DNA of 64,000 bases from the IMG/VR virus record IMGVR_UViG_3300029319_000007. One strand, 5' to 3'. The notes under the pieces were generated by a model. The model had not been told where the DNA came from and ran no database searches. It saw only the letters and a list, made by a program, of their open reading frames with translations. The position numbers and the translations under genes were made by a program. This DNA comes from a virus. Positions within the stretch are counted from its first letter, which is position 1. Every line of letters starts with the position of its first letter. This document shows positions 1-9,989 of the stretch, piece by piece.

Positions 1-150
1 TCTTTTGAACTTGTCAGCAAACCCCTTCATCTGCCTGTCTTTTTTCATCTTTGCAATGACTTTATTAACTTTCATTGAAAGGTCTTTCATTCTGCCTTCT
101 TGCGCTTGCATTTCAGACAATATCTGTGCCATTGATTGATTATATCTCAT
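1..150 (-). CDS. Hypothetical protein, 5' part only (MRYNQSMAQILSEMQAQEG...), runs off the window edge
   Basis: ATG at 150-148 with GGAGAG SD; open to position 1; TATAAATA upstream. Confidence 0.65.
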   Translation of the reverse strand, partial: MRYNQSMAQILSEMQAQEGRMKDLSMKVNKVIAKMKKDRQMKGFADKFKR

Positions 151-167
151 TTTTCTCTCCATTGTAC

Positions 168-175
168 TATTTATA
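168..175 (-). promoter_or_regulatory. T4-type late (gp55) promoter TATAAATA
   Basis: Exact consensus in the gap upstream of the ORF starting at 150. Confidence 0.75.
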
Positions 176-532
176 CTAATTGTCTACTTTAGCGCCTGCA
201 CGCCATTGATAACATGACCAATATCTTGCTTTGTATTTGGGTCCTGGGTTATCACAGTTATGTCTGGCACGAAAGTTTGCTCGTCTACCAGGATCATCTC
301 TTTTGATTTCCATGTTTGGATCACCAAATCCTAACTTGATTACATTACCTTTTTCATTCTTTACATAAACATAAAACTTCTTTTTACCATCACTAGAACG
401 AGTTGGGTTATTTAATTCTACTTTTTTGCCTTGATACTCTGCTTCTGTGATTTCTAAGTCTTCATATAAATCACAGGACTCACAATAGTCATCTATGCGT
501 TGTACCTCTTGTAATGATTTTATTCTACTCAT
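176..532 (-). CDS. Conserved marine T4-like phage hypothetical protein
   Basis: 118-aa ORF coupled to the upstream gene; KKFYVYV...FGDP...RRANFRARHNC...ARYWSC motif. Confidence 0.7.
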   Translation of the reverse strand: MSRIKSLQEVQRIDDYCESCDLYEDLEITEAEYQGKKVELNNPTRSSDGKKKFYVYVKNEKGNVIKLGFGDPNMEIKRDDPGRRANFRARHNCDNPGPKYKARYWSCYQWRAGAKVDN

Positions 533-2058
533 TAGTCTTTACCTGCTGCCCTAACTTTTGCTGCTAAGTCTGAATCTGCTTTACCCCAAGTACCGCTTGA
601 CTTAGTGACAAAACTATTAACTCTTGCCATTGCCCATTGTTGTTGAGAAGCACCAGGTCTGTGACCACCACGCCATGCTGCCATACCTCTGTTATATACT
701 TTCATTAATATACCATAAGGCATACCTGTTTTCTTCGCTTTGTTTCTAACACCTGTGTTCTCACTTACAACATCATCTATCATTTCAGAAACAACTTTGT
801 CTAAATGTTCTCTCCACTCTGTGCCGTATTCATCTCTATATTTGTCTATTGTTTCTTGACTTTCTGACCATGATTTAATATCTTGTATTTCTTTTACTTC
901 TTCTTCACCATACATTTTATCAAACTTCTTTGTAAATGTAGATGGTTTTGTTTTTGCACCTTTATCACCAGGATGTTGTCCTGATTTAGGATATGCGTCT
1001 GGATCATCATGATGTTTGCCGCCAAATCTTTTAAATGATCTGTCTCTTGTTTTTTTATCTTTCTTAGATAATGTCTTATAATATTTTTTAGGTTGTGTGC
1101 CTTTTCTTTTCTTTATATCAGGATCTTGTGCGACTGCTCTCTCATTTATTTCATCTTCGAATGATGAAAAAGATTTTAGTTGATCACTATTTTTTTGTAA
1201 TACTAGTTTCTTTTTGTCAACACTTTCTGATTGTAATTCACTATTGATTTGAGGTGCAGGATTTACTTCATCTAACCATGCTTTTTCTACACCACCATCT
1301 TCCATTTCATACTGAATATAATTAGGTCCTCTTTTAATCACTTTACCCACATTACCATTTTTTGTATTTTCAACAATATCACCCATATTAAATAAATCAT
1401 TATTGTGATAATGTTCTCTTATGTTTCGTAAATTCTCATCATCTGGTGCCATCGCCTCATTCACTCCCATACCTTTTTTTAAGTCTTTAAATAATTTCAT
1501 AGCATCTTTCTCCTTAGTGCCTGTTATTAAACCTTGTTTGAAACTTGTAAAGTCATTAGCAGAAGCATATGCTCTCATCTTACTAGCACTCATACCTTTT
1601 GCACCAGCAGCGTCAGCGTCTCTTTCGCCTGCACTCACAACATTTACTGAATCAAAGTTATAATCTTTCTTATTATATTTGTTGATTAGTGTTTTAAATT
1701 CACTAACTCTATCACTACCTGCAACCATATATACATCTGTGTATCTACTATCAAATCTATTTTTCAATATTTCCATAAATGTTCTTTCACGACCTGTTGC
1801 AGTTCTAATGTCAATACCTCGTGGATATACTTTTTTTAAGTAATCTACTTTTTGTTTAGCAGTCAGAGGATTTTTATTTTTATCTTGACTTGCACTTACA
1901 TATAGCACAGGTAAACCTTTTACCCTTTTTGCCATAGTAATAATTCTGTCTATGAGTTTTTGATGACCAATAGTAGGTGGGTTCAAACGACCAAATGCAA
2001 AAACAACTGGTTGTTTTCTACCTACTACTTTCTTCGTTAACTCACTAAACTTTTTCAT
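532..2058 (-). CDS. HIGH-class cytidylyl/nucleotidyltransferase-like protein with long C-terminal extension
   Basis: FGRLNPPTIGH (HxGH), VAGSDRV and MSASKMR (KMSKS-like) motifs. Confidence 0.8.
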   Translation of the reverse strand: MKKFSELTKKVVGRKQPVVFAFGRLNPPTIGHQKLIDRIITMAKRVKGLPVLYVSASQDKNKNPLTAKQKVDYLKKVYPRGIDIRTATGRERTFMEILKNRFDSRYTDVYMVAGSDRVSEFKTLINKYNKKDYNFDSVNVVSAGERDADAAGAKGMSASKMRAYASANDFTSFKQGLITGTKEKDAMKLFKDLKKGMGVNEAMAPDDENLRNIREHYHNNDLFNMGDIVENTKNGNVGKVIKRGPNYIQYEMEDGGVEKAWLDEVNPAPQINSELQSESVDKKKLVLQKNSDQLKSFSSFEDEINERAVAQDPDIKKRKGTQPKKYYKTLSKKDKKTRDRSFKRFGGKHHDDPDAYPKSGQHPGDKGAKTKPSTFTKKFDKMYGEEEVKEIQDIKSWSESQETIDKYRDEYGTEWREHLDKVVSEMIDDVVSENTGVRNKAKKTGMPYGILMKVYNRGMAAWRGGHRPGASQQQWAMARVNSFVTKSSGTWGKADSDLAAKVRAAGKD

Positions 2059-2345
2059 TTGTATTTGTCACTTTTCTTTTTTGTTCCGTCTGCTCTAGGA
2101 ATTAATCCTTTTGCTTTTAGATGTGCTTTGTCTGTAAAACCTGCCTTACCTGCTTTGTATCTTTTCATTGCGTCAGCAGTATTAGGTGCGTTTTCAGCAA
2201 ACTCTCTAAAACTTTCTTTTATCTTTGCGTCTTTAATAGGTACACAATTAGGCACCATTCTATCGCCTTTCTTTTTCATACCTACTTGTTTATAACCCGA
2301 CCAACATGCCTCGGTGATAGGATCATAAAAATCTTCATCACTCAT
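2055..2345 (-). CDS. Hypothetical protein with ACWxGYKQVGMKKK...PNCVP module
   Basis: Start revised from 2381 to 2345 (MSDEDF), which has a GGAG SD and overlaps the upstream stop (ATGA). Confidence 0.65.
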   Translation of the reverse strand: MSDEDFYDPITEACWSGYKQVGMKKKGDRMVPNCVPIKDAKIKESFREFAENAPNTADAMKRYKAGKAGFTDKAHLKAKGLIPRADGTKKKSDKYK

Positions 2346-3013
2346 TTTGCTCTCCTTTTTTCTAACTCTTTTGTCATCCATGTTTTCGCTGTATAGTTCG
2401 TTATAGGTTGTTTAACTAGTTTACGAACCATCTTATAAGATTTTTCTAAGATATCTTCATCTGCTTTATTGTTGTCAATTACAATAAAGTTTTTTTGACC
2501 AAACAATCTCTGTAATTTACCCATGTTAGATTGTATTTGTGAATGACTTTTTTTCACAATATCCACTGGTACTGTTCTACTTCTAGCAGCATTTCTTGCT
2601 AATGCAACATCTAAACTTGTATTGACAAATATCATATAGGTATCATAACCTAATCTTTTCAATGCTGCAAGCCCTTTTTCTATCTTTTGTACATCTCTAG
2701 CGGTACTGTCAATAATTAAACCTAGTCTACCCATAATATATAAATCTAGTCTTTTTGCTGTCAAACTTTTTGATCTTGCTCTTATCTCATCTCTTTCTTT
2801 TTCCTCATCAGGTGGCATATCTAAAGATAGTCCTGCTTTCTTTAATGCTTTTTCAAATGCTGTATCTGAATTAACATTCTTCAATCCTAGACCGCCTGTT
2901 ATTTTTGAAGTGACATAAGTCTTACCTGAACCAGGACCACCGGCAAGAAAGAATGCCTTGAAGATACCTGGGTCATATAAACCTTCTTTTATAATAAATC
3001 TTTCTAGTTTCAT
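2342..3013 (-). CDS. P-loop kinase (zeta-toxin/AAA_33/polynucleotide-kinase-like)
   Basis: Walker A GGPGSGKT, LIIDST, lid-like ALARNAARSR. Confidence 0.8.
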   Translation of the reverse strand: MKLERFIIKEGLYDPGIFKAFFLAGGPGSGKTYVTSKITGGLGLKNVNSDTAFEKALKKAGLSLDMPPDEEKERDEIRARSKSLTAKRLDLYIMGRLGLIIDSTARDVQKIEKGLAALKRLGYDTYMIFVNTSLDVALARNAARSRTVPVDIVKKSHSQIQSNMGKLQRLFGQKNFIVIDNNKADEDILEKSYKMVRKLVKQPITNYTAKTWMTKELEKRRAK

Positions 3014-4239
3014 TAACCTTTATCCCAATTCTTTGCAACAGTAAAGTTTTGAAGACTAAACTCCATTCTATCTACAAGTTTTACTGCCTTACCTTTTTTA
3101 TCTACCGCAACATAACCTTCAGGATTTGTTGCCTGTAAACCATCAGAGGTTGTTTTAAATGTACCTATAGATTTTGCTTTATTTAACTTATCAATTAATA
3201 CTTTTTTTGCTGTCTGTAATGTTTTATAAGTTGCAACAGCAAAGTAAATACTTTCAGTATGATTATCAATAAATTTTAAACCTGTATCTTGTATTGTTTT
3301 ATATTTGTCTTTTGCTTTATCTGTCTTAACACCATCTATTTCTTTTTGCGTTCTCTCTTTATAAAACTCTCTAAATTTATTTGCAGTTTCTTTTGTACTT
3401 GGTAAATCAGTTGCTGCTCGTATGAAAGAGTTAAGATATGTTTTTAGTTGCACACCTACAGACAAAGTGTTTTTTTGTGTTGACATTATATTTAACATTT
3501 CTTTTGCTTTCTTTAATGAACCTGACGCCATGTTGATAGTCTTTTGTAGTGATTGACTTTCACCTATTGTCATCAACGCATTACCTGATACATCTTTATA
3601 ACTTGCGTCATCAAACCATACCTTTGATGTTTTTCTTAATTTAGATACATCAGCACCAAAACTTGTTTTTAGTTTTTCAAAACTTGCACCTTTATATGTT
3701 GTATGAAAAACAATACCTAGTTTACTAGTGTCTATCTTTTTACCAAAAGGTGTATTTTCTGGCACCATATAAACTATTGTGTTAGGTTGAAAAGAAATCA
3801 TTTGTTCAGATTTACCTGTTGGGTCTTTGTATGTTGTTTTCTTTTTTGTAGAACTAGTGTACATTAAATCACCTTGTAGTATCTGTTTCATACCTATACC
3901 AGAAAGATATTGTAAACACTCTCTTAATATATTTGCAACAGCACCATCATGATTTTTTCTTATATCTGCAATATTATAATTTACTTTAGGTGTTTTGTTA
4001 AATACAGATTTAGTACCTACAAAAAATTTACCATTTTCAGGACTAGGTCCACAAACTATCGCAGGTGCACCATCCCACTTTACAGAAACATTTACTTTTT
4101 TTTCAGAATGACCTGATAACATTTCGTTTAGTGATTCTAAAAAGGCAATTGCATTTTTACCACCCTCATGACCATTATTAATAATGTCATCTTCTAAATG
4201 TTCTAGATGTGTATTCTTATCTTCGTTTAATAGTTCCAT
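3013..4239 (-). CDS. Conserved phage protein with ATP-dependent ligase-like (covalent nucleotidyltransferase) motifs
   Basis: Motif I KWDG, III LQGDLMY, IIIa IVFH, IV EGYVA, V VKLV in canonical order. Confidence 0.6.
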   Translation of the reverse strand: MELLNEDKNTHLEHLEDDIINNGHEGGKNAIAFLESLNEMLSGHSEKKVNVSVKWDGAPAIVCGPSPENGKFFVGTKSVFNKTPKVNYNIADIRKNHDGAVANILRECLQYLSGIGMKQILQGDLMYTSSTKKKTTYKDPTGKSEQMISFQPNTIVYMVPENTPFGKKIDTSKLGIVFHTTYKGASFEKLKTSFGADVSKLRKTSKVWFDDASYKDVSGNALMTIGESQSLQKTINMASGSLKKAKEMLNIMSTQKNTLSVGVQLKTYLNSFIRAATDLPSTKETANKFREFYKERTQKEIDGVKTDKAKDKYKTIQDTGLKFIDNHTESIYFAVATYKTLQTAKKVLIDKLNKAKSIGTFKTTSDGLQATNPEGYVAVDKKGKAVKLVDRMEFSLQNFTVAKNWDKG

Positions 4240-5594
4240 TATTTTACTTTTATTCCTGGTGTGTTAATGTATAGTGATTTACCTGCCCAACCACCTGCTG
4301 TTCTTGTTCTTGCTGTGATTGGTATTGAAACATCTATATCTAATAATTTGTATTTAAAAGATAAAGTGAATTGTTGTGACTTACCATCATAGGTATATTT
4401 TATTGAACCATAATTTCTTGCTTTTTTGTTTAATAGAAATTCTTTGTATTCTTCATTACTTGCAACATCTTTTATTGTAGCACTTGTTTCTGTACCAACT
4501 AAAAGTTTATAAGGACATGGTGTACTATCAGCACTATCAGGATACATGTATAATCCTATTGTGTTTAAAAAGTACATTAAATTTTTTGATGATTTTAAAT
4601 AAGAACCAAAACTATCAATTAAACTATTTCTATAACCATAATAGAAATCATCTTTATAAAAGTTTAATTTATCTTTTTTAAATTCTTTTGCCAATGTAGC
4701 GAATGATCTTTTACTAATACTCTCACTAGGTTTTTCTTTTTCGATTTTAAATTTACTTAATGCCTTCTTTGCGTTTTTACCTTTTACAGTTTTTGCTGTA
4801 TCATTCCATGCTTTATCCATTAGAGAAACAACAGCATTATATTGTTTTTTGTCTTCTAACTTTTTATAGAAACTATGAATTGCAGTATTGAATTTAGGTG
4901 TGACATCTTTACCTACTGTCGCTTTATTAGAATAACCAATATAGTCTGTCTTGCCTATTTGTAAAATAATATCACTAGGATTATTTTTATGAATACCACC
5001 AGGTTTACCACGAGCAGTCCAGAAATACTTTGTTGGTTTTTTAGGCAAATCTTTTCTAACTGCTTTTGCCATTTGATAACCTATGTTGATATCTGCCTCA
5101 GGTGTTTCATCTTTGTCTATCATTTGTTTTAAAAAATCAAAAGTTATTTCTTCCTCTGTACCTTTGACTACCATATGAATACCTGTGCCACCAGTCTTAC
5201 CACCTATGTCATTTAAAAATGTTTCAACATCAGTAAATTTAGGATACTTTGCAAAATACAAAGAACAAAATTCATTTACATTTGAGGATGCTGTAGAGTT
5301 TTTTCTAGTCTTCATGCCATAGTGACCTATGACATCTTTCATTCTGAGATTTACTGAATATGGTGTTTGTTTTTCACCATCAAATATTTGAAACGAAAAC
5401 TTACCTTTATCACTTAGAGATGTGCCTTTAGTTTTATCGACACTCTTAAACTTTAATTCTTTTTTAGGTTTGACTTCTTTTTTAACAGATTTCTCTACTT
5501 CAGGCGTGACAGTATAGAAAGGATTAAACTGCCCCTTTTGTTGATAATCTGGCGATATAGTTAATTCTCGTATGTAGTCTTTAAACTTTAACAT
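4239..5594 (-). CDS. Putative PD-(D/E)xK restriction-endonuclease-fold protein
   Basis: NVNEF helix, then PSDII...GYSNK; start revised to 5594 (MLKFKDYIRE) downstream of a GGAG SD. Confidence 0.5.
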   Translation of the reverse strand: MLKFKDYIRELTISPDYQQKGQFNPFYTVTPEVEKSVKKEVKPKKELKFKSVDKTKGTSLSDKGKFSFQIFDGEKQTPYSVNLRMKDVIGHYGMKTRKNSTASSNVNEFCSLYFAKYPKFTDVETFLNDIGGKTGGTGIHMVVKGTEEEITFDFLKQMIDKDETPEADINIGYQMAKAVRKDLPKKPTKYFWTARGKPGGIHKNNPSDIILQIGKTDYIGYSNKATVGKDVTPKFNTAIHSFYKKLEDKKQYNAVVSLMDKAWNDTAKTVKGKNAKKALSKFKIEKEKPSESISKRSFATLAKEFKKDKLNFYKDDFYYGYRNSLIDSFGSYLKSSKNLMYFLNTIGLYMYPDSADSTPCPYKLLVGTETSATIKDVASNEEYKEFLLNKKARNYGSIKYTYDGKSQQFTLSFKYKLLDIDVSIPITARTRTAGGWAGKSLYINTPGIKVK

Positions 5595-5605
5595 CATTAC
5601 TCCCA

Positions 5606-5634
5606 TTTATATACTAAAATAACTATTTAGTCAA
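5606..5634 (-). promoter_or_regulatory. Composite promoter for the 1-5594 operon: sigma70-like TTGACT-N17-TATAAA overlapping late-like CTAAATA and TATAAAT
   Basis: Motifs read directly in the intergenic gap. Confidence 0.5.
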
Positions 5635-5642
5635 GGAGAAAC

Positions 5643-5915
5643 TTAGGTTATACAAAGAAAATTAGGTATACCCCCATTTACTAACCAGACTTGTTTTTTA
5701 TTGTGAAAATCTGCAAATTCTTTTGCTTGACCTTTAACATCAAATGTGCTAATAACCTTAGTATTATCTTTAAAATGTTCTAATACTTGAAATCTGTACT
5801 TGCGTCCTTTCTTGACTGTTTCGACTTCGTAAACTAATTTACTCCTCGAACTTGAAGTCTTGGAACTTTTTGTACTTTTCTTCTGGCGTTTCTTTTTCAA
5901 GGTTGTGTTCGACAT
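5643..5915 (-). CDS. Hypothetical basic protein overlapping the 3' end of gp41
   Basis: 90-aa ORF with a GAGGAG SD. Confidence 0.6.
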   Translation of the reverse strand: MSNTTLKKKRQKKSTKSSKTSSSRSKLVYEVETVKKGRKYRFQVLEHFKDNTKVISTFDVKGQAKEFADFHNKKQVWLVNGGIPNFLCIT

Positions 5916-7242
5916 ATTTCTCCTCTTCTGGTTGTATTAGATTCTGTGCTGCTTGTTCAATATCAAACAGTTTCATTCTTGCACGATCAACACCAATAAT
6001 AAACTTACGATTAAGTGTTGGGTCATTATATCTGTTCTTCAATTGTTTGACAAGCATTTGCCCGGCACGCTCTAATTCTTCACTTGATATTAAGGCAAAC
6101 ATAAAATCTGCTGTCGCAGGTAAACCAAAACTTTCTGATGTATCTTCAAGACCAATGTCACTTGACACGAAACCTGTTCTTGTAGTTTGTGTTGCAGTCA
6201 CAATAGGTAAATCTAATTCAACAGCAAGACCTCTCATTTCTTCGGCAATCGCCTTGATGTAAGTATAACTATTGACATTACTACCTGGTCTAAATCTTGC
6301 ACTTGCACATATATTAATATAATCAACAAAGATAATATCAGGTTTAAATGTTCGTTTAAGTGCTAGTTCGTTTACTAATGTTCTTATATGTCCTGTGTGA
6401 GCAGAAGCAGTAGGATATTCTTTTATGATCAAAGTACCTGTTGTTTTACTTTGTAAGTTTGTAATCTTATCATTGAATAGTTTTCTATTCAACATGTGTA
6501 AATCTTCCATAGAAATATTAAGTAAGTTTGCGTCTATTCTTTCGGCAATTCTTTCTTCTGCCATTTCTAAAGTGATATACAAAACATTTTTATTTTGAGA
6601 TAATGCCGCTGCCGCTTGATGACACATGAATAAAGTTTTACCTACACCGGTACCTGCAAGGGCAACATTCAAAGTTTTTGTAGGCAAACCACCTTTTGTG
6701 ACTTTGTTGAAAAAGTCTAGATCAAAAGGTATTCTTGTTTCTCTTTTATGATAGAAATCAAATCGTTTTTCTATATCAAGTAAATAATCATGACCTACAG
6801 CACGATCAAAACTAACAGATAATGCGTCACGCAATATCTCAGGTATCGCTTCAGGTGAATGTTGTTTATCTTTACCATCTAATATTTGAATGCCGTTCAT
6901 GACAGCATTATGAATGGCACGATCTTTACAAAACTTTTCTGTAGTGTTAACTAACCAGTCTAAGTCTATTTCTTCTTTATTAAGAGTAGAAACTAAATCT
7001 ACAATCTTTTTAAATTCATCTTCATTTAGGTCTTTGCGTTTGCCTAAATCTATTTGTAGAGTTTCTTTTGTAGGGCGTTTATTATATTGTTGAATAAACT
7101 TTTGTATTTCAGAAAATACGATACGCTCAGTACGATCATCAAAATACTCAGGTTTAAGAAAGGGTAAAACCTTTCGTGTGTAATCTTCGTTATGTAGAAG
7201 ATTCTTTAGTGTCGTCTTCTCTATTCTTTCCGCTGTCGCCAT
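5839..7242 (-). CDS. gp41: Replicative DnaB-like helicase
   Basis: AGTGVGKT Walker A, ITLEMAEE, VDYINI, TSESFGLPATAD, QLKNRY. Confidence 0.97.
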   Translation of the reverse strand: MATAERIEKTTLKNLLHNEDYTRKVLPFLKPEYFDDRTERIVFSEIQKFIQQYNKRPTKETLQIDLGKRKDLNEDEFKKIVDLVSTLNKEEIDLDWLVNTTEKFCKDRAIHNAVMNGIQILDGKDKQHSPEAIPEILRDALSVSFDRAVGHDYLLDIEKRFDFYHKRETRIPFDLDFFNKVTKGGLPTKTLNVALAGTGVGKTLFMCHQAAAALSQNKNVLYITLEMAEERIAERIDANLLNISMEDLHMLNRKLFNDKITNLQSKTTGTLIIKEYPTASAHTGHIRTLVNELALKRTFKPDIIFVDYINICASARFRPGSNVNSYTYIKAIAEEMRGLAVELDLPIVTATQTTRTGFVSSDIGLEDTSESFGLPATADFMFALISSEELERAGQMLVKQLKNRYNDPTLNRKFIIGVDRARMKLFDIEQAAQNLIQPEEEKYVEHNLEKETPEEKYKKFQDFKFEE

Positions 7243-7492
7243 TGTTCTCCTTCTCTACTTCGATTGCTAAAATATCACCCATTACATTTATAAAGTCACT
7301 AGAATCTGTATCACACTCGTTAGGATTCTCATGCACATTATATTCAAATTTAAGTCTTAACTTTTCATCTTCTTCAATAGGCGAAACTTTTCCATATGTG
7401 TATATGACATCTTTATATGTACCTTCTTCTATCTTAAATCCTGTTAATTGATTTTTAGGATTTTCTTGATAACTATACTTCGGGATTGCCAT
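7190..7492 (-). CDS. Conserved hypothetical protein at the T4 gp40 position
   Basis: 100-aa ORF between uvsX and gp41; synteny only. Confidence 0.6.
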   Translation of the reverse strand: MAIPKYSYQENPKNQLTGFKIEEGTYKDVIYTYGKVSPIEEDEKLRLKFEYNVHENPNECDTDSSDFINVMGDILAIEVEKENNGDSGKNREDDTKESST

Positions 7493-8498
7493 AACTATAT
7501 TCTTTTGTTGCTGCTTCGTCTATTTGTTTTAGTATATCGTCAGTAAAGTATTTCTCTGGATCAGCGTAAATACTTTTTGCATATTGTTTTGTACCATCTG
7601 GTAGTTCTATTCTTGTTGAAACTTGTTTGAAGATACCATACTTAGTTGCTAAGTCTAGTAAACCATAATATTTATCTAAACCAGTATCGTATCGTAATCT
7701 AACATCTACCATCATATTCTCTTTTGATAATCTACTCTTTTGAGTTTTACAATGTATAATATTACCTACAACTTCTGTGCCTTCTTTATCTTTTTTCTTA
7801 GATAGATAAATGATTGTTGAAGCAGCATATTTCAAACCAGAACCGCCACCCATTTCTTTTGTAGGCATATATGCACCCACAACATCATAAGTATGATTTG
7901 TTATAACCATTGGCACTTTTGCACGACCTAGTTTTAAAGTTAACACTCTAAACGCTGCCTTCAATACTTGTGCTCTAGTCATATCTCTAGTTTCTTTACC
8001 GTCTGCTGTATCTTCAACTTCTTTAGTTGTTGATAACATACCTAAACTATCTAAGACTAATAATAATGGTTTTCTATCTGCTTCATTTTGTTCCATATAT
8101 TTGTCTAGTACAGTTAAGGATTGTGTTCTAAATTCTTGTACTGTTGTCACAGGCATGATAATCATTCTTTCACTATCAATACCTCTGTCTTCAATTAATT
8201 TTTTTGTTAATGCACTTTCACTCTCAAAATAGATAACACCTGCGTCAGGATTATTATCTAGAAAATGTTTTACCATACCTAATACAAAGAAAGTTTTACC
8301 TGTCGCACTTTCACCTGCAAGAGCAGTTATTTTATTTGAAGGTATGCCGCCATGAATACTTCCTGATAACAAAGCATTAAACATGTATGAACCTGTATTA
8401 ATAAATGTATCGACATCACCTGCCTCGACACCTTCACTCACTAGTGAAGCATATTCATTTCCTGTTTCTTTAATTATCTGTTTTAGAAAGTCCGGCAT
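7473..8498 (-). CDS. uvsX: RecA-like recombinase UvsX
   Basis: [29 protein letters not shown]; probable start at MPDFL. Confidence 0.96.
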   Translation of the reverse strand: MPDFLKQIIKETGNEYASLVSEGVEAGDVDTFINTGSYMFNALLSGSIHGGIPSNKITALAGESATGKTFFVLGMVKHFLDNNPDAGVIYFESESALTKKLIEDRGIDSERMIIMPVTTVQEFRTQSLTVLDKYMEQNEADRKPLLLVLDSLGMLSTTKEVEDTADGKETRDMTRAQVLKAAFRVLTLKLGRAKVPMVITNHTYDVVGAYMPTKEMGGGSGLKYAASTIIYLSKKKDKEGTEVVGNIIHCKTQKSRLSKENMMVDVRLRYDTGLDKYYGLLDLATKYGIFKQVSTRIELPDGTKQYAKSIYADPEKYFTDDILKQIDEAATKEYSYGNPEV

Positions 8499-8682
8499 TA
8501 TCATTCTCCTTTTGTTGTTTCTGTATCATGTATTGTAATTTTTCATACAGTTTACCTACAGTTGTACATTCGTCAGCACGAATACTACCTCTTTGTAAAG
8601 ACGCTTGTATTATTTTTATCATTGTGCCATAGTCTGCAACTGTCATGTTTTGTTGATCTAGTTTTTCTAATAGTTCTTTCAT
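8470..8682 (-). CDS. Hypothetical protein (70 aa)
   Basis: GAGGAG SD; fills the gap between the methyltransferase and uvsX. Confidence 0.65.
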   Translation of the reverse strand: MKELLEKLDQQNMTVADYGTMIKIIQASLQRGSIRADECTTVGKLYEKLQYMIQKQQKENDNAGLSKTDN

Positions 8683-8705
8683 TATATCACACTCCTCTCA
8701 TAAAA

Positions 8706-9989
8706 TCAAGCAAAAAATTCATCTATTGTTGTTTTCTTAAATAAATCAATATCTTCGTTAGAAAAATACCATATATTTTCTATGAATATATTATTCATAA
8801 AGTCTTTTTTCTCTTGTTCGTCTTTGAACAATTTATCACTTTTAGGTCGTTGCATAATTCTCATGCCTATCTGACCTTTGAATCTAGTATCGTATTTACT
8901 ACTATACTTATCACATATTTCATCACCAGTTCTATATCTTTTACCTTTTATTTGTGGATCCATAATATTAATAAGTGTGTGTTTTGATCTTTTAATACAT
9001 TGATCACTTACAGGTAAAAAGAAATTATCACGCCATTTATCATACTCATTAAACTTATGCCATGATTGATCTTCTTCATGTTCGCCACCTTTATTATATT
9101 CTTCAGTAGAAAAATAAGGAGGACTTGTAAATGAACAATCTACATTATTAATATCGTCCCAAGGCAAATCTTCTGCACCACATCTATATATCGTGACTTT
9201 CTTAGACGCATTAATAGTAAATACATTTCTGTCTTCTTTAATTATAGGATTATTATTACCTAATATTCTTTCATACTCATCAACTTGTTTCATATACATT
9301 GCAAAAGTATTAGGATTAGGATCACAACCAATATATTCTTTTGCATTTGATGTATAAAAACCTGCAAGTCTATCGCCCCAACCACAACTTGTATCTAAAA
9401 CTTTATTTGCGTTTGTTAAGTCATATATTGCCTTTGCAACAACTGGTTTAAATTGTGTTGCAATATATGTGCCTAATCTAAATGCACTCATGTAAACTTT
9501 CTCATCTAATATTTTCTTTTCATTAATGCCTCGCCAGATAGGACCAAAACAACGCCATATATCTTTTGCATTGCCATTTTGCCATACATCTACAGGTGAT
9601 CGAAAACCATAACTACTACAATTTAATCTTAACTCTTGCATAAAGTAATTTGAAACTGTACTATATGCACTTGTGCCTTCTATTAAACCTAAACCATATT
9701 CATCAAAAGAATATTTGTAATCATCATATTTTTCAAATACAGTTTTTTCTATTTGTTCTTTTGATTTTATATTCTTACTTGTGTCAAAAGATTTTAAATC
9801 AAGAAAGTTAGTAATCATATCTTGTTTAGATATAAACTTAAATGGAAAAGGTGGGCGATTAACAGAGATATATTCTGCTAAGTCTTCTCTAAATTTTTCT
9901 TTGCCATATTTTTCTGTGACATATTGAAACTGTTCTTTATTCATAACAGGCAACTTAACATCATTTAAATAAGGTGTAAAATCTATCAT
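8706..9989 (-). CDS. DNA amino-methyltransferase (N4-C/N6-A)
   Basis: SAM motif VLDTSCGWG before catalytic FTSPPYF. Confidence 0.85.
   Translation of the reverse strand: MIDFTPYLNDVKLPVMNKEQFQYVTEKYGKEKFREDLAEYISVNRPPFPFKFISKQDMITNFLDLKSFDTSKNIKSKEQIEKTVFEKYDDYKYSFDEYGLGLIEGTSAYSTVSNYFMQELRLNCSSYGFRSPVDVWQNGNAKDIWRCFGPIWRGINEKKILDEKVYMSAFRLGTYIATQFKPVVAKAIYDLTNANKVLDTSCGWGDRLAGFYTSNAKEYIGCDPNPNTFAMYMKQVDEYERILGNNNPIIKEDRNVFTINASKKVTIYRCGAEDLPWDDINNVDCSFTSPPYFSTEEYNKGGEHEEDQSWHKFNEYDKWRDNFFLPVSDQCIKRSKHTLINIMDPQIKGKRYRTGDEICDKYSSKYDTRFKGQIGMRIMQRPKSDKLFKDEQEKKDFMNNIFIENIWYFSNEDIDLFKKTTIDEFFA

Noticed and set aside
2342-3013. Zeta toxin-antitoxin module
   Set aside because: Only the P-loop kinase fold is supported; no recognisable epsilon antitoxin, and it sits within a larger phage operon
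8680-8710. TATAAT directly overlapping start codons (8682, 17158, 18640, 24115, 55588) as -10 boxes
   Set aside because: TATAATG is a frequent start context after an SD in this genome; only 8682 has a passable -35 (TTGATT-N17), so they were not called
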